DNA of 64,000 bases from Paraphysomonas bandaiensis (taxonomy: Eukaryota > Protista > Chrysophyceae): contig CBFFRP010000145.1 of assembly GCA_965644295.1 (NCBI GenBank), forward strand, positions 100,610 to 164,609. The letters run 5' to 3'. The position numbers were made by a program, and so were the translations under genes. The notes under the pieces are model-generated. The model was not told the DNA's origin. It searched no databases and saw nothing but the letters and a program-made list of their open reading frames with translations. Of the stretch, positions 49,838-62,352 are shown in pieces. Positions within the stretch are counted from its first letter, which is position 1. Each line of letters opens with the position of its first letter.

Positions 49838-51045
49838 CAGAGCTGCGTATCAATTAATTGTCAATTAATTGACGCAGGTTGTAGTTGATTACAATTGCAA
49901 TTATTACTTGCTATCTCAATTTCAATTATTGCAATTGACTGCAATTATTTAGTACTAAAATACACCAGCTGTGAATATAGCTACCTCAACTGTCATATCA
50001 TTCCAGAGGCAACGATTCATGCGTAAAAACATAATTAGCACTAAATGTTGAGGAGTCAAGCTCTTGCGCAAGCCCGTCATAACAATCGTAGCTCTACTGA
50101 ACAACCTCTCAACCTTATTGGTTGTGCTATGCAAGTGTTTCATCCGTAACGAATTTGCTGGTTAAGTCTTGCTCGCTTGTGCTGCCTGCTACCATCAAAC
50201 AAACGTTGCGCTGCGTCGTCATTCGGAGCTAGACTCGCACCGTCATAATCTTCTTCTTCCTCATCGAACAAATATATTTTAGTTTGATCCTTTGCCGTCC
50301 GAGTTACGGCTTCGTTGCCACACTGAATCTTCACGACTGCCTTTTCGAAAGCAGCGTTGTGAGTAATAGCAGCACTGTCGCCCAGATGACGCTCAACAAT
50401 CGGGTGCATTATGAAGGGTTCGTCAATCAATGTACAAACGTCGTGGAGGTCAAGCTGGTGTTAACCTTACTTCTGTAATTGTACTACACTTATTTATATA
50501 ATACAGGACATAATATACATATACTATATACTCTGTATATAGAGGTGGATATAGTCCTATAATTAGACTTTTAACACGTCGGAACCAAACTCGAATGTCG
50601 CATATATGATTAGATAGAAGCAAGTAGCGATCAATCACGGAAAATGTGGAGCCCCTTTTCCTGCAGGACAAACCTCTATCGCAGCCTCTTCGTTATTATT
50701 ATCATCATTTACTTTCTCAAATAACACTCGTGCAATGACTTCTGGTGCCAGTTTGCCGCTCATATCGCTAATTCATTACTTGAATTACTATGTGAGATAA
50801 TCCTATGGATATTATAGTCTTTCACCAATCTTCGATTTTTATCCTAAAAATGCCGTTTTTAACAATACTTCAGCATAAAAAAGTGGCATTTAAAATATCA
50901 ATTAATTGAAGCTAGCTGGAGTCAATTATAATTGCAATTATGAATAGATGTCGCTTGAGTCAATTATAATTGCAATTATGAATCGATGTCCCAATTTCAA
51001 TTATTGCAATTTCAATAATTGACAATTAATTGATACGCAGCCCTG
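49838..51045 (-). mobile_element. Non-autonomous hAT transposon with decayed transposase
   Basis: TIRs CAG(A/G)GCTGCGTATCAATTAATTGTCAATTA; perfect 8-bp TSD ATATATTG; AATTGCAATTA subterminal repeats. Inserted into an older AT-rich repeat. Confidence 0.93.
49955..50700 (-). pseudogene. hAT transposase remnant (C-terminal dimerisation domain)
   Basis: TTNKVERLFSRATIVMTGLRKSLTPQHLVLIMFLRMNRCLW and HLGDSAAITHNAAFEKAVVKIQ; frameshifted and internally deleted. Confidence 0.85.
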
Positions 51046-51462
51046 ATATATTGTAGCAAGCAAAAATAAATAATCGCAATATTTATATTGCAATCCAATA
51101 TATTTTTACCTGGCCTGAGAATATAGAACATAGCTTCAAATAATAGTGATATGATATAAGCTAATTTTTGAACCAAGGAATCATCCCTTCTCTTGAACAC
51201 TACGGTGAAGTTTTACACACAATTTTATCACATTGTGATAAATTTCATGGAAGAAATAGAGTTATCCAGTATACTTGGAACTATTTTTTATTATAAACTA
51301 ATTGCGTCAGATTCCCGCTGAAATACTACACTAGTAAGAGTGTAAGAGTACCATAATGGCCACCTCATACATAGCGCATGCACCCATATCAAAAACAGTA
51401 ACAAGAACACATCTGATCGAAAATACATCAGCAACACATGAGTACACAATGACACTGTCATC

Positions 51463-54400
51463 CTAACGATATTTGCTCGTGCAGGCGACGGAGTATAAAC
51501 TCGCCCGAAAGAGTACCCTTGTACTGACCTCCAGATGACAGAGGAACCTGCGAGGCATCATAGTGGTGTCATATTATACTTACTACCTCTACATAAAACT
51601 TACCTCCACGGAATAAGGTGTTCCGAGCATATCTGGCTGTAAGAGATGCGACAAACTAACAACAGCCTGTCCCATATCTGTACCATCTGTATCAACGAGC
51701 TTCAGTAGAGCATCAACTCCAAGACTCCTATCCCCGCAGCTATCCAGCTAAAGCACATGCTAGTTCAAATGCCACAACAAGGAAGCACAACTGAATACCT
51801 CTATTCCCTGTGATGTCGCCTGCTTCCAGGGATAAGAGCGTTTCGACTTCAGCAACTCATCTTTTAGTTTCGCGTTACGATGCTGCAAAATTCTGTACAC
51901 AGAGTTACAATACATGCCAGGAAAAAAGTTTACATTACTTCAATATTCCAGTGTCACTGCCAACATGAAAGGCCTGTACGAAGTTATACATCTTTCTATA
52001 CTCCAATAAAGGGTCTTTTCCGGGCAGAGGAAAAATCACAATAACTTCTGCTACAGTGGGGGCCGCAGTTTGTTGCCCAAACACAGATATTCTTTTATCA
52101 GTCTTGCTTCTTCTTGAAGGTGAGATTGCAGCAGGCGGCGTGGAAATTATTGATGTGCGTGACTGACTCTTGGGCACAGTGTTACCGCTCACACTGGCAC
52201 CTTGCAGTGTAGTAGACCCGCTACTGTCCTCTTCATCCTCCGTTATTGCTGCCATAGATGAAATTGGAGCCTTCTTGGGAGTCGTTTCTGACAGAGAACG
52301 TGTTAACCCACGACTGGGAGTGTATTCCTCATCCCCATCGCCATTTTCACTATTCGCCTCTCTAATAAGCTCCTTGGTACCTGCACCCAGACTCGAGGAA
52401 GCCTCACCGAGCATAGGATTCAGCACAGCGGATTCCTGAGTGAGGGTGGCTTTCAAATTCTTAATTTTGAGCGATAATAGTACAATATGTGGATTTGTAA
52501 TCTCCCCAGAATCAACCTCGGCAGCACTTGGTGGATCTACGTTCGCATTAACCTATTATGGCACAAGTGGTCAAGCAATGATAAAGGAATTAACGTGAAG
52601 CAACAAACCTCCAGAGTCATGGACATACACACAGGTCTATGGTCACTGGCCCTGAGGCTATCACAAAATCCATACGCGGTCGGCATAAGTTTTTGGTTTT
52701 CCACAAGTGAGTGCACAAGTATCCTGTCTGTATAAGAAGGTGGACGTAGCTTCGATTTATCCTTTTCTTTGTCGCGATCGACGTGACCGCTTGACCTGCG
52801 AAGAGGTAAAGAAAACACCGACGATCGCCGGGGGCCTTTTTTAGGAGATACTTTTTCAGCGTTGATTGCCGGAAAGCCTGACTTGTCAAGCCCCCCCACA
52901 GACCATGACAGTCGGTGAGTGTCGGTGTCAGGTACGGACATCGACGGAATAGGTGGATCGGAAGTAGAAGGACGTCGGCCGACTTCTGTGTCCCCATGGG
53001 AGGACCCATCCTCTGCACCCTCTCGCGATTCTCCACTGATGGCAGTTGTCGTACCAGATGACCGTGCATTTACATAGTCCTCACTCACGCTGGAGTCTGT
53101 GGAATGGCGAGAGTCGTCAACGTCTCCCTCCTTGGGTTCCTCGCCAGTGTGAGAAAACCCTTGTACAAGGTCGCTGACAGAGGTGTAATCACCACAGTCC
53201 CCAGCAGGGCCTATTTTACGCTTGTATGTGGGAGGAAACCTGGGAGGTACTTCCTTAAATCCGAAGAATACTTCGCCTAGGTTCATCATCTCTGTCATCT
53301 CGTCATGCTTTAGCACCGAGTCCCAATGTGCGGCTGCCTGATCAGCCGCCTGTAAAACTTCTACTCGCTCGGCATCCGACAGACACCGTTCCGACCTAGG
53401 GCCGTAAAAAAGTTCATACTTGCGTTTGAACCAGTTCGGATCGTCCCCCATTGCACGCTTCTCTGCTGCTGAGGCCGCTGCAATTCCAAATAGAGCGCTC
53501 TGTCCCTCTCCCACCCCGCCTTGTGGTGGGGTGTTCATGCGGTAGTTGAGATCCCCAAGTATAATAATATGGTCATGCTGGAGCTGCATATCACACCCCA
53601 CATCCTCGCTAGCCAACACAACGTCCCGAAGCATGCTCTGAGCAGCGTTGTTCCTCCTACCTAGCTTGGACTTTCCCTGCGAGAAAGAATCATTAATCGA
53701 TGTTTCATCAATATACAACACCACATGCCTTGGAATCAGAGGGAAGATGGGCGGTGACAAAGCCAATAGACGTGTCATGGATCTGAAAGGGGAGCCCAAC
53801 AGCACCCTTGTTGGCGGCAGTAGTCACTATTAAATCAGTACCGCTTGCGACATCATTGGCTGAGGACTCTGTCATCTTTATCGCGCCACTATTTATATCT
53901 TCTGTTCGCACAAAGACAGTGAGAGCGATAAATCCATGAAATCCCAGTCGTGTATTATTGCTTCCTATTTCACAAGTATGCATTATAAATTTCTCTGGAC
54001 CTCCTAGGTGAGTGTGCATGGCCTCCCTGAATTCCTCCACACACATACACTCCTGTACCCCAATGGCATAGATATCATGTCCTTCCACCAACCATTCAGC
54101 TAGACCCTCACTGAGCTCAGAGAATGGGGCTTCTCCCAGATTGTAAGAGGACACAAATATTGAGTACTTCTTAGCTACGTAAGCAAGGCCCGACGAGCCC
54201 CTCCGCACGGGAGTCTTAAAAGCATTAAAGCTGGTCCCACGCATCGGGCTGTCTTCAACAGATGGGGGTCTCGAAACCGTTTTGCGGATACGCCTCATCA
54301 ACCTTTTGAGGTCAGAGATGATTCCCCCATAGCATGCAGCGTTCATAAATCCCTGTAGTGGAACAAAAAAGGCATGAAGCAGAGAAGTGCCGAATACAGG

Positions 54401-55139
54401 TTCTCCAACGCAAACTTCAACGAAGCGATTTAGCAAACCGAAAAACCACGCTATCACAAACACCAGAATGTATTGTCGAAGCTTCTGCTGAATACCAGCC
54501 TCTGCGGACGACAAACTACTCTTTCCACCTTCCCTTGTCGAGTTGCGCGACTTGAGTGAATCAGAAACTGATTTTATAATGTAAGCGTTGTAAAACCACG
54601 CAATCAGCAGAATCATATAGAAGAAAACGAATCTAGCCCATTCATATTCGTCTGCTATCCAGCACCACATGTACGCTGGGCCATATACACCCCCGGCAAG
54701 TAGCATTAGAGCAAGAAACAACGATCCACCAATGCTGGTAATAGCAGTCTTCCTGAGCTTCTTATGTAGTTTGTCTTCATTTTTCTTTAGGGATATCCAG
54801 TGATACAAATGCAGTGCCATAGCAGAATTCCAACATATGTTGGACAGTCCTCCCCATTGAATCATAAATCCCTAAAGCAAGGTAACCCAAGAAAAAACGG
54901 ATTAATAAGCATACCTGAAACACACAAAATCCTTCATTTCCTTGACCAGCGTGGCCAACACCCCAGAAGAATGCAGTCACTAAATCCACAGAGCACAGAA
55001 CGCATAGTTGTTTATTCGTTAAGTTCCAAACTCTATCTGTTAAAAATAATTTTGCTAAGACGACAGAACATCCTACGACAGATAACACTGATGATAAGGT
55101 CTCCACAGTCTGGATAGCCGCTATCTCATCATTCTTCAT
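51463..55139 (-). CDS. GPCR (cAMP-receptor/GCR1-like 7TM) fused to inositol polyphosphate 5-phosphatase, with a C2-like C-terminus
   Basis: 7TM: LSVVGCSVV, FCVFQG, WNSAMALHLY, WCWI, QYILVFVIAW, PLQGFMNA. The same ORF (53708-54865) runs into SYNLGE, IGVQE and AHLPSD; later exons give GDLNYR, PPTYK, PSYTDRIL and SDHRPV. About 6 introns; stop TAG at 51463-51465. Confidence 0.9.
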
Positions 55140-55902
55140 TGACGCCAAAGATACACAGTGATATTGCAACTACTCTAAATAAAAAAGAGACACACTACTT
55201 TGAAATCATTTATACGACTGTGTTCCGCTGGGGGTAGTTGGTGGGTTTACGAGCTATGGTTACCTGCGAGTTTGACCGATCGCAAGATTGTAGGCTATCT
55301 ATCACTGCTGTATTGTATATGGTATTGTAAATGTATACGTGTTTATCTATTGTGTTGCTGCTGTAGCCTGGGGCCGTACCGCGTACCACATCTACACACT
55401 GTGCTGTTGAAAGCTGCTGTAGCCAACATATCAAAAACACAGGAGATTTATGTCAGAAAAAAGAGATATACAGCTGTGCAGCAGAACAGCACCAACTGTG
55501 ACAGTGGTTCTATATACGTAGTACTACTATGAAATACGTACGTAGGAATCCTCAATCATCGTTGTGTTCAGTTGTGGACCACAAGATTCCCAACACAATT
55601 GTACTCAGCAGCAGCAGTATGCACAGTTGTGGCCGTATTAAAAAGACTACATGCGTATAACCTGAATGTTCTCCCTACGTTGTGTGCTCTGTATACTACG
55701 GTATAGGCATACCTGTATACCATGACGTATAATATTGTATACGCATTGTGTGCTGCTATACATGTATATATACAGCTACATGATGCATCTATCATGCTGC
55801 ATGCGACAATGAGCGTCATATTCCATACCTCCCTGTCAGTGAAGTGACTCGGCTATACTTCTTACATCAGATTCTTTGTAGAGCACATCGCGACCGAGAG
55901 TT

Positions 55903-57998
55903 ATGCTCAACCTGAGAGATCGTCAGCTGCACGCCCTCAGCAACGTCCTGTCTCTCAATGGAACAGGTAAAAATATCCATAGCTTGCATGTGCACTGATG
56001 ATTCCATTCTAGGAATCGAATCAAGTGAAGATTTTACTGACCAGTGGAAGGTACTTGTGTATGACCAGGACTGCAGGGATATCATATCTCCCCTAATGAA
56101 CGTTGGAGCGCTTCGCAGTAGAGGAGTCACACTTCATCTGATGGTAATGTACCCGCTATACTGAACAATATCGGTTTTACCTAACCTCTTATCAGCTACA
56201 TAGTGACCGTGAGGCTATACCTGAGGCTCCGGCTGTTTATTTTGTTAGGCCAAACAATGAAAATATCAAGCGCATAATCGATGATTGCTCAAATCAGGTT
56301 AATGTAAGTCGCCGTTGATGATTTTCTCTAATTATCTCGCAGTTGTACCGGTCGTTTCATCTCCACTTTGTCACTAGAATTGATCGACCTCTAATGGAAA
56401 ACATGGCACATGGTCTTGTTACCAATAATGCTGCCGGGCTTGTGTCGAAAGTGTACGATGAATATCTTGATATGATTTCCCTGGAGCCCAATCTATATAC
56501 CCTAAACGTGCCCCATTCTTTCGTGGCCTACAACCTCCCTTCCCTCACAGAATCAGACATACGATTATATATATCTCGGCTGACGAGTGGATTGGTTAGC
56601 CTTGTGCGAGTGCTTGGTGTATTGCCGATAATACGAGCCCCAGGTGGCGGGCCAGCAGAGATGGTGGCGCAGGAGCTCTGCAGTGCTTTGCGAGAGAATC
56701 TCAGTCCAAGAGGAGCTGCGCACTCTATATTTGGAGATTTTCTCGTATCTGATCGCCCGCGTCCCCTGCTGCTTGTACTAGACCGTACAAGTGACCTTGC
56801 AACCCCTCTAATGCACTCCTCTTCCTACCAGTCACTCGTTGATGACCTTCTGGAATACAAACTTAATAGGGTCAGCGTAAGCGTACCAGACCGAGCAGGG
56901 GGTCCTCCCCGCAAGAAAACCTACGATCTCAATACACAGGTAGATCCTTTCTTCAAAAGGTACGCTGGATCACCCTTCCCTGAAGCTGTGGAAGCAAATG
57001 AAACAGAGCTTGCATCGGTTTGTAAGCGAGAGGCTGAAATACGATCATCCCGACCGTCTGCTACTGGTAGCGGAGAAGGTGCCGGTGATCTCAGTGAAGC
57101 AATTACAAGCCTGCCCGAGATATTGAGCAAGAAAGCGAACTTAGAAGCGCACACAAATATTCTACAGGCAGTGATGAAACAAGTTGCTGCCCGGGAGGTA
57201 CCGTCTTTCTTTGAACTAGAGCAAACCATGGTTCAGTCGGGAGTTGACCGGGCAGCTGTACTAGAGTTGCTGTCTGATCCTGCAAAGGGGACTTTGGAGG
57301 ACAAGGCCAGATTGTTGGCCATGGTGGCTTTGCTCCTTCCAGATAAGAGTGCAGCAGCTGCAGAGGAGTATATAGCAGCCTTCACAAGAGGATGCAAGCA
57401 CGAGAAACAGGAGGATGAGGGAAGGCAAGAAGTTGACACCAATATCGAGCGGATAATTGGAGCGGTCTCCTTCCTTCGTCGACTGCAGAAAATTCAGAGT
57501 CCCATCGGCACTGGGGGGTATGTGGGAACAGGGGGGGGGGATGGTGGCAAACGTGGAGCCATCATATCATCATTCCTTAATACCGCTACGTCTAGTGCCA
57601 CTACTTTGATGGCGAGAGCATCTGCACTTTTTGCAAAGTTTTCTCCATTGCCCGTGACTAGAGTGGTAGATAACCTCGCTGAGGGACGCTCATGTCCAGA
57701 GGATGACACATACTGCTGCTTGGACCCCAGACAGGCGAAGGGTGCATCTGGTGAGGGACGGGGAAGAAAGTTTGCGGAGGTCATAGTGTTTATTGTTGGT
57801 GGTGGGTGCTTAGTGGAGCACTTCAACCTGCAGGAACTAGTGAAGCAAAAAGGGGGAGGTGGAGGAGGGGGGCAAGTTGCTGGTGGATCCGCTCTCACAA
57901 ATGTTATCTACGGTGGATCAGAGCTTCTTTCAAGCGCAAGTTACCTCGAACAGCTGCAACAGTTAGGTGTTGCTGCTGATATGAATACAGGTAAATAA
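55903..57998 (+). CDS. SLY1: Sec1/Munc18 family protein SLY1 (SCFD1)
   Basis: MLNLRDRQLHALSNVLSLN, WKVLVYD..CRDIISPL, LRSRGVTLH, PAVYFVRP, RPLLLVLDR..DLATPLMH, HTNI, VFIVGGG and YGGSELL; 3 short introns. Confidence 0.95.
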
Positions 57999-58339
57999 TA
58001 CGTGTGTTGTGGACAATAGTACTGGACCAACGGTCATATTTTATCAATAAATATTAACTAATCTGTACTTTTTGGGGATAAATGGCCATCGTTGATACAT
58101 GACATTCAGGATTCAGGTTATGTTCCCGTGTCAAATGCGAATCCTGAAAACCATTATTTAAGCTACACAAAGCTAAACACTGTTAGAATTGGACATTTCA
58201 CTGAAGTTAGCTTTGCTCTACACGTAAACCTTAACCTTGCTATGTTGAACACAATGCACTTTCACGTAAGAAATTATAATTATTATTCTGAACACTTCAC
58301 TACATATTCGTGTAACATATGTCGAAACATCTGTTCTCA

Positions 58340-59056
58340 GCAGCATCTGTTTATCATATGTAGTGAATGTCTGATTATTTAGCAATAGGCGTTGAGACCT
58401 TGCATCAATTAGTGGCTAGAAGAATGCTAGTCATACTAGTTAGACCACTACCCGTAACTAATCAATACAAACTCTTTTATCCTACTATTTAACGCTACGA
58501 AAGCTGCTTGTGCGTCGCCGCAAGCACCAAGGTGCAACCACTTCCGTTCTTTTTGTGTGATATGAAATTCGCCTTTATCGTGTGTCCGTGGACTCACCGG
58601 CGCTTTTGATCTGGGGGTCTCCCTTTGGGATGTGTCTCCATTGGTTTTGTAGGGGGCTCAGCATTCTGAATTAGGGTCCTGAGTGCACCTAGTTCCAGAT
58701 GTGTGGGTTGGGGGTGGTGGGGATTGTTGGGAGGAGGAGTTGGGTTTGCAGTATGTGTTACTGTGCTCCTGTGGGGCCGCGGGTGTAGATAGAGTTGTCG
58801 AAGCCGTCGGCGTTGTGGAGGTCTGGGCAGTCCAGTGCTCTGTCGGGTAGGACCTGTGAGGTGTGCACGTGTGTCTGGAGTCGGATACGCTGTGGGGGGT
58901 CTTCGTTGGACCCCTAGTAGTCGAAGGACTCTCGGACGTTGTCTTGACTGACTGCGTTTCGGACGGGGTCTCGGGAGTAGCCTGGGCGGCCTTTTGGACA
59001 TGGTGATATAGCGACAACCGCGATCCTGTAACATAAGCTTCGCTGCAGTAAGTAAA
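58340..59056 (-). mobile_element. Decayed retroelement-like 3' remnant, same family as 3430-4795, cut off by the TIR element at 59057
   Basis: The ORF tail LELGALRTLIQN...KGRPPD and the non-coding blocks 58490-58528 and 58379-58396 match 4441-4535, 4617-4654 and 4751-4768. Confidence 0.55.
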
Positions 59057-59674
59057 CAATATGCAAACGTGGGAAATTTTCAGAAATTTGGGAAATTCTA
59101 GTAGATTTTACTAGACTTTTAAGAATTGTTGTAGAATGGTTCTAAAAGTGCTTGAATGCAATAGTATAGTGTTAATAATTATTTTTATTAATATTTAGGT
59201 CCTATAGGACACACCAACAGCACGTTTCCTTTAACCAGTAACTACGTTGAATGCCCTAATACTACTACTAATAGCCATCATAAAACACCAATACACGTCG
59301 CGTCACACAAATCCTATGCTAGAGTATTCACTACGTTCAATATATCCATCACTCAACCAATACAAGCCATACACTACTATCGCTCGGCGGTAAAACCTGA
59401 GCATACTAGAGTATTCACTCAGCTCAACGAGAGAACATACATAGCAGAATAACTGTACAACATATAGGCATCACATATAACCAATACACGTAACGTCACA
59501 CATATCTTATATTCGAGTATTCGCTCAGTTCAACATGTTCACCACTCAACCAATACACGTCACACATATCTTATACTCGAGTACTCACTCAGTGCAACAT
59601 ATTATATCCATCACACAACCAATACACGTCACGTTACACCTATCTTATACTAGAGTATCTACTCCGTTCAACAA

Positions 59675-61300
59675 ATAGCCATCACACAAAGCCTACACAA
59701 GTCATACACTGCTATCTCTCGATACAACATGAGCCTAGCATTCAATTAGCACAACGAGAGAACACAAGTGTAGCATAACAATGTACTGCTACACGTATAT
59801 TCACTCAGCTACTGTACACGAGAGAACACACATAGCAGCTGTATAACTGTATAACATATAGCCATCACACAACGCCTACACAAGTCATACACTGCTATCT
59901 CTCGATACAACATGAGCCTAGCATTCATTAGCACAACGAGAGAACACAAGTGTAGCATAACAATGTACTGCTACACGTATATTCACTCAGCTACTGTACA
60001 CGAGAGAACACACATAGCAGCTGTATAACTGTATAACATATAGCCATCACACAACGCCTACACAAGTCATACACTGCTATCTCTCGATACAACATGAGCC
60101 TAGCATACATTAGCACAACGAGAGAACACAAGTGTAGCATAACAATGTACTGCTACACGTATATTCACTCAGCTACTGTACACGAGAGAACACACATAGC
60201 AGCTGTATAACTGTATAACATATAGCCATCACACAACGCCTACACAAGTCATACACTGCTATCTCTCGATACAACATGAGCCTAGCATACATTAGCACAA
60301 CGAGAGAACACAAGTGTAGCATAACAATGTACTGCTACACGTATATTCACTCAGCTACTGTACACGAGAGAACACACATAGCAGCTGTATAACTGTATAA
60401 CATATAGCCATCACACAACGCCTACACAAGTCATACACTGCTATCTCTCGATACAACATGAGCCTAGCATACATTAGCACAACGAGAGAACACAAGTGTA
60501 GCATAACAATGTACTGCTACACGTATATTCACTCAGCTACTGTACACGAGAGAACACACATAGCAGCTGTATAACTGTATAACATATAGCCATCACACAA
60601 CGCCTACACAAGTCATACACTGCTATCTCTCGATACAACATGAGCCTAGCATACATTAGCACAACGAGAGAACACAAGTGTAGCATAACAATGTACTGCT
60701 ACACGTATATTCACTCAGCTACTGTACACGAGAGAACACACATAGCAGCTGTATAACTGTATAACATATAGCCATCACACAACGCCTACACAAGTCATAC
60801 ACTGCTATCTCTCGATACAACATGAGCCTAGCATTCAATTAGCACAACGAGAGAACACAAGTGTAGCATAACAATGTACTGCTACACGTATATTCACTCA
60901 GCTACTGTACACGAGAGAACACACATAGCAGCTGTATAACTGTATAACATATAGCCATCACACAACGCCTACACACGTCATACACTGCTATCTCTCGATA
61001 CAACATGAGCCTAGCATTCAGTAGCACAACGAGAGAACACAAGTGTAGCATAACAATGTACTGCTACACGAGAGAACACACATAGCAGCTGTATAACTGT
61101 ATAACATATAGCCATCACACAACGCCTACACACTCATACACTACAATCTCTCGATGCAACATGAGCCTAGCATTCAATTAGCGCTACGAGAGAACACAGG
61201 TGTCAGCTACACGAAAGAACACACGAAGCAGCTGTATAACTTGTACAACATAAATCCATCGCGCAACCACTATACGTCATACATAGCAGCTGTATAAACA
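59675..61300. repeat. Tandem array of a 182-183 bp unit, about 9 copies
   Basis: GCCATCACAC recurs at 59678, 59861, 60043, 60225, 60407, 60589, 60771, 60954 and 61111. Inner units are nearly identical, the last ones are deleted or diverged, and related shorter subunits occupy about 59250-59675. Confidence 0.97.
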
Positions 61301-61569
61301 ATTCTTGCACACGCCCTCTACTTAACCTTGAGAAACATCATCAACTTTCCAGTTGAACTCAGAGTATAACGCTCCACTACCAGTTCTGTCAATACTGATC
61401 ATGGAATCTCAGTCCAGCATCTCAATATAATTTCCTTTCCACGAAGATAGCCGACAGAGTTCAGAAGGCAGAGATCATTGCAACAATGAAAGCGTGTTAT
61501 GACATCAGCCCGATTCAAAAGCCAACGCACACTCTAAAACACACACAAAGAAACTAGGTATTAGAAACA

Positions 61570-62352
61570 CATATATAATCATTAATAGAATAGCATTTAT
61601 ATACATACTTCATGCATTACAGATACAGTGAGAAGGTACAACTAAATCGGTTCGTCATTAACTCGAGATGACATACTACGAAACAGTGATGCGGGGGTGG
61701 TTTTCTGATTGCTCAATACACACCTCTTAATTGCTGCAATGAAACTCACGTCACATGCAACAAAGCCCCGTTTAGGTGGGAACCAGCTCAAATCCAGTGC
61801 AAAGACTAGAGAGCAGACCCTAAATCATCAAGCTTCTCGGTTTGTATCAAAAGTGATCAAGCAATTGAACAAACCGAAAGCGATGAACCCCCACTGTGCC
61901 CCCACTTGACTCACACGTATCATTTATTACATCAATGAGCACAGTGTTGATAAGGCACATGCAACATATAATCATTAATAGAATAGCATTTATATACATA
62001 CTTCATGCATTACATATACGGTGAGAAGGTACAACTAAATCGGTTCGTCATTAACTCGAGATGACATACTACGAAACAGTGATGCGGGGGTGGTTTTCTG
62101 ATTGCTCAATACACACCTCTTAATTGCTGCAATGAAACTCACGTCACATGCAACAAAGCCCCGTTTAGGTGGGAACCAGCTCAAATCCAGTGCAAAGACT
62201 AGAGAGCAGACCCTAAATCATCAAGCTTCTCGGTTTGTATCAAAAGTGATCAAGCAATTGAACAAACCGAAAGCGATGAACCCCCACTGTGCCCCCACTT
62301 GACTCACACGTATCATTCATTACATCAATGAGCACAGTGTTGATCAGGCACA
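61570..62352. repeat. Tandem duplication with a 393-bp period, 2 copies
   Basis: Identical 66-aa ORFs at 61709 and 62102 (offset 393); only a few substitutions between the copies. Confidence 0.95.

Noticed and set aside
13374-57898. Numerous antisense and overlapping ORFs inside the long genes
   Set aside because: They are shadows of real coding sequence and have no independent motifs.
11649-57998. Functional cluster of secretory-pathway genes (SFT2, COPG, IFT20, STT3, SLY1)
   Set aside because: They are interspersed with unrelated genes over 46 kb, and chance cannot be excluded without genome-wide statistics.
59675-61300. CRISPR-like array
   Set aside because: Whole 182-bp units are repeated with no unique spacers, there are no cas genes, and the DNA is eukaryotic.
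61709-62302. Two identical 66-aa ORFs as a duplicated gene
   Set aside because: TTG starts, no recognisable motif, and identity is explained by the 393-bp duplication.
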